Position numbers and translations under genes: made by a program
The notes under the pieces: model-generated
What the model saw: the letters and a program-made list of their open reading frames with translations, nothing else
What the model was told of the DNA's origin: nothing
Database searches by the model: none
Part shown: piece after piece, positions 56,367 to 64,000 of the stretch
How the letters are laid out: every line of letters begins with the position of its first letter
How positions within the stretch are numbered: position 1 is the first letter of the stretch
Assembly: GCA_003599055.1 (NCBI GenBank)
Contig: QZIM01000002.1
Span: forward strand, 517 to 64,516
DNA: 64,000 bases
Direction of reading: 5' to 3'
Source of the DNA: Candidatus Woesearchaeota archaeon
GTDB lineage: Archaea > Nanobdellota > Nanobdellia > Woesearchaeales > ARS49

Positions 56367-56735
56367 TTATAATGCTTCGGTACGTTCAGGCGTCGTGTCG
56401 TCTTGGTATCCGGTGAGCCGTGCATACAGTTCGAGAGGAAACGAGTTGGTTTTGGAAACTGCGCGAAATGCTTGTTTGTATTGTTCCTGAAGTGCGGCAA
56501 TGCAGTTTGTATGCGCGGCCGGTCCTGCTCCGGCAGCGCAGGCGAGATTTTTTCCGTTGTGACGGAAAGAGAGTTGCCAATCTGCGCGGGAGTGGCGCGG
56601 CAATTCTTCGGTGCAGATGCGGTCAAGGTCTTCTTCCATGCAGCCGAGATAGTGGTCGAGTGCGTCCTTGTGCGGGATGGTGCTTGCAAGAGAATAGAGG
56701 ATTGTTGCGGTTTCCGCTTTTTGGCTTTTCGTCAT
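56367..56735 (-). CDS. hypothetical protein
   Basis: 122-aa ORF with no recognisable family. Confidence 0.4.
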   Translation of the reverse strand: MTKSQKAETATILYSLASTIPHKDALDHYLGCMEEDLDRICTEELPRHSRADWQLSFRHNGKNLACAAGAGPAAHTNCIAALQEQYKQAFRAVSKTNSFPLELYARLTGYQDDTTPERTEAL

Positions 56736-57065
56736 TTTTCGTCGGAGGCAAAATGTTCAGCGCATCTGCCTTTAAAAGGTATCGTCGTACTTTTTTGACG
56801 TTACGTTTATAAACGAAACCTTTATATATAAGTGCGCCTATGCTAGTATACAAAAGTGTGACAATTGGTGTTTTGGTACATCAGTTGTGATTATGATATC
56901 GGCCCAAAAGGCCGGTTGATGCAGTCAGGGAAAAAGAGGTTCATTATCAAAAGAGGGCTCTCCGCTGTTTCTTTCCCCCATTCCACCCCCCTAACCCTAC
57001 AGGGAGGGCCTTCTTTTATTTTTTCCCGCATTCCTGTTCAAACGCAAAAAGTTGGAGGTAAAGAA

Positions 57066-58133
57066 ATGGATTTCCTCGTGAAGAGCGCAACAGCGCAACA
57101 ACAGTCCCCAAAGGACGACTATGACTTCGGTCAGGCAAACATCAAGGTGATTGGTGTTGGCGGTGCCGGCAACAATATGGTCAGCTGGCTCTATAAGAAG
57201 GGAGTGAAGGGTGCGGAAGTGCTTGTGTGCAACACGGACAAGCAGCACATTGACATTTCTGAGGCGGACAAGAAGTTTATGATTGGAAAGGAGCTCACGC
57301 GCGGCCTTGGCTGCGGCGGGTTCCCGCAGCGCGGTGCGGAAGCGGCGCAGGAATCAATTATGCAGCTCAAGGAATCCTTGCGCGGTTCTGATATGGTTTT
57401 CGTGTGCGCAGGTATGGGCGGCGGCACGGGAACGGGCGCAGCTCCGGTTGTTGCAAGCGTTGCAAAAGAGTCGGGCGCAATCGTTATCGGGACGGTTACA
57501 ATGCCGTTTGGGATTGAGCGCGCGCGAATCGACAAGGCGGAATTCGGCCTTCAGCAGCTTCGTCAGGTTGCGGACACGGTTGTTGTTATCGACAACAACC
57601 GCCTCGTGCAAATCGCAGGCAACCTTCCGGTGCAGCAGGCATTTGCGGTTGCAAACGAGCTTGTCTCAACAATGATTAAGGGCATCGTCGAAACCATTGC
57701 AGTCCCGTCACTGGTCAATCTTGACTATGCGGACGTGAAGGCAATTATGACGAACGGCGGTGTTGCGGCAATCGGTGTTGGCTCATCCGACACGAACAAC
57801 CGTGTGGAAGAGGCAGTGAGAGGAGCGCTTGCAAACCCGTTGCTTGACATTAACTATCAGGGCGCAACCGGCGCGTTGATTCACGTTTGGGGCGGTCCTG
57901 ACCTCACGCTTGAGGAAATCAGCCGTGTCGGCAACTTGGTCACGGAAAGTATGGACCAGGATGCAAATGTCATCTGGGGCGCGCGTGTGTCCGATGATAT
58001 GAAGGGTAAACTGATGGTGATGACCATTATTACCGGTGTGAACAGCCCGTGGATTTTGGGAAAGCAGGACCCAAGAAAGCCAAGTGCGCACACGCAGCGT
58101 CTCAATTCCGACCTTGGAATCGAGATGATTTAA
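57066..58133 (+). CDS. ftsZ: cell division GTPase FtsZ
   Basis: ATG 57066 preceded by GGAGGT. IKVIGVGGAGNN, tubulin signature GMGGGTGTGAAPV, and NLDYADV. Confidence 0.95.
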   Translation: MDFLVKSATAQQQSPKDDYDFGQANIKVIGVGGAGNNMVSWLYKKGVKGAEVLVCNTDKQHIDISEADKKFMIGKELTRGLGCGGFPQRGAEAAQESIMQLKESLRGSDMVFVCAGMGGGTGTGAAPVVASVAKESGAIVIGTVTMPFGIERARIDKAEFGLQQLRQVADTVVVIDNNRLVQIAGNLPVQQAFAVANELVSTMIKGIVETIAVPSLVNLDYADVKAIMTNGGVAAIGVGSSDTNNRVEEAVRGALANPLLDINYQGATGALIHVWGGPDLTLEEISRVGNLVTESMDQDANVIWGARVSDDMKGKLMVMTIITGVNSPWILGKQDPRKPSAHTQRLNSDLGIEMI

Positions 58134-58204
58134 TTTTTTTACTTTCATTTTTTTTAAATAAATGGTGAATGTCGTTGTGAAAAAGTAAATCGGGAGTGGT
58201 AAGT

Positions 58205-58777
58205 ATGTTCGGAAGTCAAATGAAATCAGGAGGCGCCATCTACGCGCGATTGTGTGATGCAGTGCGGTCTTTCTTCGCAGGCTCAAAACCGGTGAAGTCG
58301 GAAAGTTCCGCAAAGCAGTCTGAAGATGAGAATCCTGATATTGTTCGGGCAAATGTGCTCGGTTTGCACTATCTGCACTGTGTCGAATATGGTCGTGAGC
58401 TTGCGGCGTATCGTGCGCGAAAAGCAGATGCGGCACCTGAGCGTTTTGGAATGGTTTTGTTGGAGTTTAAAAGAGGTGATTCTGCAGGGGTGATTGCTCC
58501 TGTGCAATATGGCGGGCTGGACTTTTTGCCGGCAACTCTTGACGGGAAGGCAGTGGCATATTTCCCTACTGAAGATGCTCTTGATTTGGTTGAGCGGGTT
58601 CTTGAAGAGAGAATTCGCGCGGCCGGTTGTGTTGCCTATTTGGGAACAGGCCGTCTTCGGGAGATTGTGCGCGGCAAGCAGGTTGAGTATTCTGCCCAGC
58701 CAAAGGAGCTTCGCCGCATTCCGGAAATGGAAAGAAATTTAGAAGAAAGTGTTTCTTCGCAGGCGTATGCTGCCTGA
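58205..58777 (+). CDS. hypothetical protein downstream of ftsZ
   Basis: ATG 58205 follows the TTTTTTAAATAAAT box. No SepF-like motif recognised. Confidence 0.45.
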   Translation: MFGSQMKSGGAIYARLCDAVRSFFAGSKPVKSESSAKQSEDENPDIVRANVLGLHYLHCVEYGRELAAYRARKADAAPERFGMVLLEFKRGDSAGVIAPVQYGGLDFLPATLDGKAVAYFPTEDALDLVERVLEERIRAAGCVAYLGTGRLREIVRGKQVEYSAQPKELRRIPEMERNLEESVSSQAYAA

Positions 58778-58959
58778 TTACCGTTTGATTATCGTGCTCG
58801 CGCTCGCTTCAGTTTTCTGCATAAGCGCGATGGTTCCGGTTGAATCCGCATCCGCGCCGGTGCACATTTCCGGCTCGTTTCTCACAGAATATGAATCATT
58901 CGGCCCGGATGATTCTGCTCTTGCGTGCGGCGCTCCGCCAAGTGAAGTTCCCGTTCCGC

Positions 58960-60240
58960 TTATTCCTTTTTAGGATGCAATAATTCTGCAAGGGGAACTT
59001 TGCGTTCCTGTCCGGTTGCGAGGGTGCGAATCGTGACCTGTCCCTGCGCGAGGTCTTTTTCTCCGACAATAACAACATTTCTTGCACCGATACTGTTTGC
59101 GTGCTCAAAGTTTTTCGCAAGTTTTCTGCCGAGAACATCAATGTCTGCGGTTTTCCCCTGTGCGCGCAGCGACTCGGCAATTTCCAGCGCTTTTGCAAAC
59201 ACTTTTTCGTCAACGGGCGCAACAAAGTAGTCGGGGCCGAGTTCGGGTTTTGGAATAAGTCCTTTTTCCTGCAGGAACAAAGTGAGGACTTTATCGCCAA
59301 TCGCAAATCCGGTCGCAGGAGTGGCATCTCCGCCGTAGGTTGCAATCAAATCATCGTATCGGCCGCCTCCTGCAATGGACCGCAGTTTGCCTTCGCGGTC
59401 GCACGCTTCAAACACGATGCCGGTGTAGTATGCAAGGCCGCGCACCAAGGTGAGGTCAAAAAGCACGAAGTCTTTTGGAACGAATGCAAGGACTGCTTTC
59501 AGTTCGTTAAGAGCGTTGATTGCCTCAGGCGATTTGCAGTACGGATTGATGAGGTTTTCAAAAGAGTTAACGGGCGCGGATATTCTCAGGCTCTTGACAA
59601 CTCCGATTTGCTCTGAAGTCAGTCCTGCTTTTTGCAGTTCAGCATCAAATTCCTGAGGGCTTATCTTCGCTGCCTTATCAAGTGCGCGAAGGACTGAGTC
59701 GTGCATTTTTGGATCAATCCACTGGGAGAGTATTGCAAAGACGAGTTTTCTGTTATTTACTTTAATAACAAAGTCTTTTGAGCTAAGGCCAAGGCCGGAC
59801 AAGCACGCAATTGCCAGATTAATTATCTCTGCATCTGCTTCAGGGCGAGAACTGCCGTACATTTCAACGTTGAGCTGATAGAATTCGCGCGCGCGTCCTT
59901 TTTGCGGCGCCTCGTATCTCCAGACGCGGTTTATCGTGTACCATTTGACCGGTTTTGGCATTTCTTTTTGTTTTGCGATGAACATTCGCGCAAATCCGGG
60001 AGTGAGTTCGGGCCGTAAGCTTAATTCTTCATCGCCGCGTTTTTCGAGCATAAATATTTGTTCCTTGATTTCATCGCCGCTCTTGGCAGACAAAAGCTTG
60101 AAGCTCTCAAGGACGGGCGGCTCAACGTGCAGGAATCCGCGGCTGCGGCACGCAGAATCGAGTACGGAAAAGATGCGGTCCTGTACGGCCTGCTCTTCTG
60201 CGTAAAAGTCTTCGGTTCCTTTGACGCGTTGGAATTGCAT
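58960..60240 (-). CDS. hisS: histidyl-tRNA synthetase
   Basis: 426 aa. Class II motifs (RPELT, FYQLNVE, GGGRYD) and an anticodon-binding domain. Confidence 0.93.
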   Translation of the reverse strand: MQFQRVKGTEDFYAEEQAVQDRIFSVLDSACRSRGFLHVEPPVLESFKLLSAKSGDEIKEQIFMLEKRGDEELSLRPELTPGFARMFIAKQKEMPKPVKWYTINRVWRYEAPQKGRAREFYQLNVEMYGSSRPEADAEIINLAIACLSGLGLSSKDFVIKVNNRKLVFAILSQWIDPKMHDSVLRALDKAAKISPQEFDAELQKAGLTSEQIGVVKSLRISAPVNSFENLINPYCKSPEAINALNELKAVLAFVPKDFVLFDLTLVRGLAYYTGIVFEACDREGKLRSIAGGGRYDDLIATYGGDATPATGFAIGDKVLTLFLQEKGLIPKPELGPDYFVAPVDEKVFAKALEIAESLRAQGKTADIDVLGRKLAKNFEHANSIGARNVVIVGEKDLAQGQVTIRTLATGQERKVPLAELLHPKKE

Positions 60241-60291
60241 ACGTCTATTGTCGGGACTGAATTTATAAAAGTAATGGAAAAAAAGAAAAAT

Positions 60292-60567
60292 TCAATCGTG
60301 CGAGTGGCCGTGGCTTGCGGCAAGCCCTTCAAGTTTTTCGTGCAGCAGTTCGCGTTTTTCGTGAAGCGCCTCGATGTGTTCGGGCGCGGCTCCTGCGCGC
60401 AGGAGTTCGATTTCCTCGTGCAAAAGGTCGATTTCTTCGTGCAGGATGTCGATTTCAAGCTGCGCCGAGTCTGCTTTGCTCAGGCTCAAAAGCCCGATGA
60501 TGCATCCGGCGAGCGCGACAAGGAATGTCACGCCGGCAAGTGCAAGGGCGGTTGTGTTTTCTTTCAT
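60292..60567 (-). CDS. membrane-anchored coiled-coil protein with His/Glu repeats and HGHSHD tail
   Basis: 91 aa with a TM anchor. LEIDILHEEIDLLHEEIELL...HIEALHEKRELLHEKLEGLAASHGHSHD. ATGA overlap with the NAS-like gene. Confidence 0.55.
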   Translation of the reverse strand: MKENTTALALAGVTFLVALAGCIIGLLSLSKADSAQLEIDILHEEIDLLHEEIELLRAGAAPEHIEALHEKRELLHEKLEGLAASHGHSHD

Positions 60568-61355
60568 GCGGTGTTCCTCCGTTTGAAGATGATTGAGCGG
60601 ACGATAGTGTTTGGGTTGCGTACGGTTTTTTGGATAAAGAGCTTTTCTGCGGGGAAATCATCAAGCGGCTCGTAAATGAGTTGGCGAAGGCCGTCTGCGG
60701 TTCGGCAAATTATTGTTGCACGGGAGGGGCAGGTTTTGATGATTGTGTCAATGATTTCGCTTTTGGGTCTTGCAAGGACTGCGATGAATATGTGGGTGTA
60801 TTGGGAATAATCAAGCGTGCGGGCGTCAGCGCATATGGTTTGCGCATTTATTTTCAGGCGGGTGAAAAGTTCCTGGGAGAGTACGATTGCTTCGGGGTGG
60901 TGGTCAATGCAGGTGAGGGTGCAGCCGGTTGCCTTGCGGATGGCAAGTGCGCTTTCCGGGAACGGTCCTGACCCGATGAATGCAACGGTGCTTTTTGCCG
61001 TTATGTTTGCTGCGCGCGCTTCTTCCTGCGCAAAGGAGAATGTCCGTTTGAGCTGCGGATTGGCAAACGGGTCTTTTCCGTTGAGTGCGTCAAGGAGTGC
61101 GCGGGTCTCAAGAAATTCCTCGTAGAGTTCATAGGTTGCGCGGGTTGCTGCCGCGCGCTTGAGGAAGAATGAAGTGCGCAGGAGCGGTTCGGCATCCGCA
61201 TTTAATGCAGGGTCTTTTGCCAGTTTTTCAAGTTGTGCGATTGCGTCCCTGAATGAGGGGGAGAGGTATGCGGAAGGGCTGCGGTTTGCGGAAGAGAGAT
61301 GTGCGGTTGCCGCATCTATTGCGGAGAGGAGGTCCTGTGATGGTTGCGTGTGCAT
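60564..61355 (-). CDS. nicotianamine synthase-like protein
   Basis: 263 aa. VAFIGSGPFP, IFIAVLARPK and IICRTADGLRQLIYEPL blocks parallel archaeal NAS (FIGGGPLP, MVAALAEPK, IIYRTYTGMRAILY) as recalled from memory. Confidence 0.7.
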   Translation of the reverse strand: MHTQPSQDLLSAIDAATAHLSSANRSPSAYLSPSFRDAIAQLEKLAKDPALNADAEPLLRTSFFLKRAAATRATYELYEEFLETRALLDALNGKDPFANPQLKRTFSFAQEEARAANITAKSTVAFIGSGPFPESALAIRKATGCTLTCIDHHPEAIVLSQELFTRLKINAQTICADARTLDYSQYTHIFIAVLARPKSEIIDTIIKTCPSRATIICRTADGLRQLIYEPLDDFPAEKLFIQKTVRNPNTIVRSIIFKRRNTA

Positions 61356-61369
61356 AGCTTCAGTGAGGG

Positions 61370-61398
61370 TTATTAATATTTAACTCTTTTCTTAATAA
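61370..61398. promoter_or_regulatory. candidate NikR operator: TTATTAA-N15-TTAATAA inverted repeat over the NAS-gene TATA region
   Basis: Half-sites at 61370-61376 and 61392-61398. A third TTAATAA lies at 61424-61430. The AT-rich TATA-like TTAAATATTAA lies between them. Confidence 0.4.
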
Positions 61399-61441
61399 TT
61401 TTTCACAACATTTTATAAATAAGTTAATAATGTTCATCGGT

Positions 61442-61828
61442 ATGTCTGAAATCATCAGCATTTCACTCGGCGACGACGTGCTCGCATCGCTTGGGAAATT
61501 GCAGGCGGATTTGGGTTTTTCGGGAAGGAGCGAAACAATTCGCGCTGCGCTGCGGCTGCTTGCAGCAGAGCAAAAGTCAAGAAGCAGGCTCAAAGGAGTC
61601 TGCGATGCGGTCCTGCTCGTCATCCACAAGGAAGACCGTTCTGAAGAGGTTTCAGAAATCCGCCACAAATATTCATCAATCATCAAGACGCAGATTCACA
61701 ATCATCTCGAATCTCACAAATGCCTTGAAATTTTTGTCCTCAGGGGAGACGCGCAAAAAGTCACGAAGATGACGGAAGAATTGCAGGCAAGCAGGTCGGT
61801 TGAGCTTGCAAAATTGGTGGTGAGCTGA
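61442..61828 (+). CDS. nikR: nickel-responsive regulator NikR
   Basis: RHH N-terminus (ISISLGDDVL..L...GFSGRSETIRAALR) and a C-terminal metal site IHNHLESHKCLEI. ATG 61442 lies about 26 nt downstream of TTTTATAAAT (leaderless). ATG 61430 is the alternative start. Confidence 0.8.
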   Translation: MSEIISISLGDDVLASLGKLQADLGFSGRSETIRAALRLLAAEQKSRSRLKGVCDAVLLVIHKEDRSEEVSEIRHKYSSIIKTQIHNHLESHKCLEIFVLRGDAQKVTKMTEELQASRSVELAKLVVS

Positions 61829-61952
61829 ATGTGCCACTATTGTCTTGGTGTCGGCCTTTTTGCGTGGAGTACGCTGGTTCGTTTGGGCATTCTTGAGAAG
61901 TACATACCTTCGTACCAACCTATTTTAAAGCCAAAACTGAACAATAAGGGGT

Positions 61953-62828
61953 ATGGCAGTCAAACGGCCAAAGAAGGCGGCAAAGCATCACGTGAAAAAG
62001 CAGGTGAAAAAGTCCGCGCCAAAGGAGAAGCCTGCTGTTCCGTCTGAAATCGGTCCGCAAATTGTTTCTTCCCGAACAGAGCCGCAGGTCATTCCAAAAG
62101 ATATCTCTGAAATGCCGAAAATTGTTGAGCGCTCTCCGCTTGAGCGTCCCGGCCTTGAGCCGATTCCGACGGAGGATGAAGTTCCTGATGAAGCGCCTGA
62201 ATCTGAGCGGGACGTGCAAACTGGTGCAGTTTCGTCATCATCCGGCCGTTCGTTTGAAATCGGCGAAGCGGTGGAGTTCGGCTGGAAGAAGGTAAAGGAG
62301 CGCCCGCTCTTTTTTGCAGGCATTTTCATTTTTTCGGGTCTTTTGAGCCTTATGGCAAATCAGGTATCTGGCATCGGCTCAAAAATAGTGCTCACGATTT
62401 TGCATCTTGGCATTATGGTCGGATTTTTGAGGGTTGCGCTTGATGTGGTTGAAGGCAAGCGGGCAGAGTTCAAGGAGCTCTTCTCCTGCTTTTCAGTGCT
62501 GCACTGGTACATTCTGGGAGGCATCCTCTACGGGTTAATCGTATTCGCAGGGTTCATTTTACTCATTATTCCGGGCATCATTTGGATGCTTGCGTTCAGC
62601 CAATGGTCTTTTGTTATTGTGGACAAAAGGGCAAATCCGCTCGCAGCGCTAAAGCAAAGTCTCAAGCTAACGCACGAGGTAAAAGGCAAGTTGTTTGTCT
62701 TTATGCTGGTTGTTATCGGCATCAACATTCTTGGCGTAATTGCTCTTCTCATTGGTGTCCTGCTCACGGCTCCGCTGAGCGCAATTGCAGCGGCGCACGT
62801 GTATGCTCAGTTGCGCAGGTCTGCGTAA
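61953..62828 (+). CDS. membrane protein with K/P/E-rich N-terminal region
   Basis: 291 aa with four C-terminal TM helices. A DUF975-like arrangement is suspected. Leaderless spacing to the TATTTTAAAG box. Confidence 0.55.
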   Translation: MAVKRPKKAAKHHVKKQVKKSAPKEKPAVPSEIGPQIVSSRTEPQVIPKDISEMPKIVERSPLERPGLEPIPTEDEVPDEAPESERDVQTGAVSSSSGRSFEIGEAVEFGWKKVKERPLFFAGIFIFSGLLSLMANQVSGIGSKIVLTILHLGIMVGFLRVALDVVEGKRAEFKELFSCFSVLHWYILGGILYGLIVFAGFILLIIPGIIWMLAFSQWSFVIVDKRANPLAALKQSLKLTHEVKGKLFVFMLVVIGINILGVIALLIGVLLTAPLSAIAAAHVYAQLRRSA

Positions 62829-62861
62829 TATTTATTAAATCAAGGCAAGTTCTCTTGTTTT

Positions 62862-63221
62862 ATGAAACAATTCGCTCCTTTTGCACTCAGAATCGGTCTT
62901 GGCGGCATCTTCCTTATCGCAGGCCTGATGAAGCTTATGGGCCCGTCGGGTGTTGTCGGAATGCTCGCAAATCTTGGCTTTCCGCTGCCGACTGCGTGGG
63001 CGTGGCTGCTTATCGTTACTGAGCTTCTTTTTGGCGCAGCGGTCCTTCTTGGCTTTCAGCTCAAGTACACAACGGTTCCGCTCGCAATTGTCCTTATCGT
63101 CGCATCAATCGTGAACTTTCAGTCGGGCGTAATGATGGGCCTCAAGGACCTCGTCTTGTTATCGGGCCTCATTTCGCTTTGGCTCAGCGGTCCCGGTGCG
63201 TGGGCGCTCAGTAAGAAGTAA
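62862..63221 (+). CDS. DoxX family membrane protein
   Basis: LRIGLGGIFLIAGLMKL...LLIVTELLFGAAVLLG. Confidence 0.72.
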   Translation: MKQFAPFALRIGLGGIFLIAGLMKLMGPSGVVGMLANLGFPLPTAWAWLLIVTELLFGAAVLLGFQLKYTTVPLAIVLIVASIVNFQSGVMMGLKDLVLLSGLISLWLSGPGAWALSKK

Positions 63222-63356
63222 GTACTGGCGTTGGTTGAGCCAAGTTAGAGATTTCTTGAGGTGTTCGTTTTCTGCATAGCTCTGGGTGTGTTCAGGAGGC
63301 ACAATCATCTTGTTTCAAGGAAATCTTTATATATGCGTATGCATATGTGTATGCGT

Positions 63357-63587
63357 ATGGTAAAAGTAATTTCGCTCTCGGAGTCAGCGTATGCGGAGAT
63401 GAAGGCAATGAAGCAGGAAGGGGAATCATTCTCTGACGTAGTGCATCGCATCGCAGGCAGGAAATCCAAGAAGTCGCTTATGGATTTTGCCGGTGTGCTC
63501 AAAGAGAGTGCAGGCGAGTGGGTGAAGATTGAAAAAGATATCTACGAATCCCGGAAGCGCTTTCGTATGCGCGATGTGAGGTTCTGA
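63357..63587 (+). CDS. vapB: VapB-type antitoxin (archaeal VAPB_antitox-like)
   Basis: MVKVISLSESAYAEMKAMKQEGESFSDVVHRI... is typical of archaeal VapB. The stop overlaps the vapC ATG. Confidence 0.7.
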   Translation: MVKVISLSESAYAEMKAMKQEGESFSDVVHRIAGRKSKKSLMDFAGVLKESAGEWVKIEKDIYESRKRFRMRDVRF

Positions 63588-63976
63588 TGAGGTATTTCCT
63601 CGACACAAATGTTGTGATACGATTCCTGAAGGCAGAGCCAAAGGTGGTTGAGCGTATGCGCGAAATTGTTGAGCAGCAGGTATTCATTTCGTCAATAGTG
63701 GCAGCTGAGCTCTATCGTGGTGTTTTTCTGTCGGAAAGCAAGCGGGAAGCACAGAAAGTGGCAGAATTCATCACTCGCGTAGGCATCATTGATTTTGACC
63801 ACGCGGCTGCGCGAATCTGTGGAGAGCAGTATGCTGCGCTCAAAAGGGCAGGCAAGTTGACGCAGGAGTTCGATTTGCTCATCGCAAGTGTCTGTCTTGC
63901 GCACGATGGCGTTTTCGTCACAATGAATGGCAAGGATTTCAGGAATATCGAAGGGTTGAAACTGCTCGCATTGTAG
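63587..63976 (+). CDS. vapC: PIN-domain ribonuclease toxin VapC
   Basis: MRYFLDTNVVI (first acidic residue) with downstream E and D residues spaced as in PIN domains. 129 aa. Confidence 0.85.
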   Translation: MRYFLDTNVVIRFLKAEPKVVERMREIVEQQVFISSIVAAELYRGVFLSESKREAQKVAEFITRVGIIDFDHAAARICGEQYAALKRAGKLTQEFDLLIASVCLAHDGVFVTMNGKDFRNIEGLKLLAL

Positions 63977-64000
63977 AAATGTTTAAAAATCAGCATTGAG

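Noticed and set aside
56736-57065. A 330-nt gap upstream of ftsZ with a C-rich stretch and small hairpins (GGCC-CAAAA-GGCC), considered as an ncRNA
   Set aside because: There is no recognisable RNA family signature and no convincing extended structure by eye. It is probably promoter and 5' region.
58767-58973. About 68-aa ORF with a signal-peptide-like start (MLPDYRLIIVLALASVFCISA)
   Set aside because: It is plausible as a small secreted protein. However, it overlaps the upstream ORF end and the hisS 3' end, has no homolog evidence and is short, so it is not reported as a feature.

Overview
The window is a chromosomal segment of a small-genome archaeon, probably DPANN-like. Archaeal markers are TFB, Trm1, type-2 MetAP, ATP-dependent DNA ligase, an archaeal-type signal peptidase, intron-containing tRNAs, and TATA-like boxes about 25-30 nt upstream of many start codons, which implies largely leaderless mRNAs. 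Bacterial-type genes are also present: gyrB, ftsZ, rlmH, a VKOR-thioredoxin fusion and a Ser/Thr kinase-FGE fusion. Housekeeping genes include pgi, gyrB, map, trm1, msrB, lig, ileS, ogt, tfb, rlmH, ftsZ and hisS. About a third of the window encodes three giant sequon-rich surface proteins (a lipase fusion, a subtilase/beta-helix/DUF11 protein and a beta-helix protein) plus many Cys-rich or lipobox-bearing secreted proteins. RNA genes are tRNA-Leu(CAG) and tRNA-Ser(CGA), each with a short anticodon-loop intron, tRNA-Arg(CCG), and two unusual 117-119 nt tRNA-like genes. The main findings, in order of interest:
1. At 28.9-32.1 kb a tandemly duplicated divergent cassette pairs genes sharing an identical 17-codon leader (MSDERLRELERKWQETG), one of them a minimal nucleotidyltransferase, with the two elaborated tRNA-like genes.
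2. All three canonical tRNAs are followed by partial copies of their own 3' ends, two of them set in hairpin elements built with inverted copies of the T arm.
3. Three translationally coupled paralogues encode small membrane-anchored proteins with a CCC...CxxxC...C motif.
4. A divergent module holds nikR, a nicotianamine-synthase-like gene and a His-rich protein, with a candidate operator.
5. Non-coding arrays are present: phased hairpins at 1.85-2.03 kb and GAnAACY heptads at 6.4 and 50.5 kb.
6. Two giant surface proteins share a C-terminal anchor module.
No CRISPR array, rRNA, transposase or integrase was recognised. Every functional call rests on motifs read by eye, with no database search.
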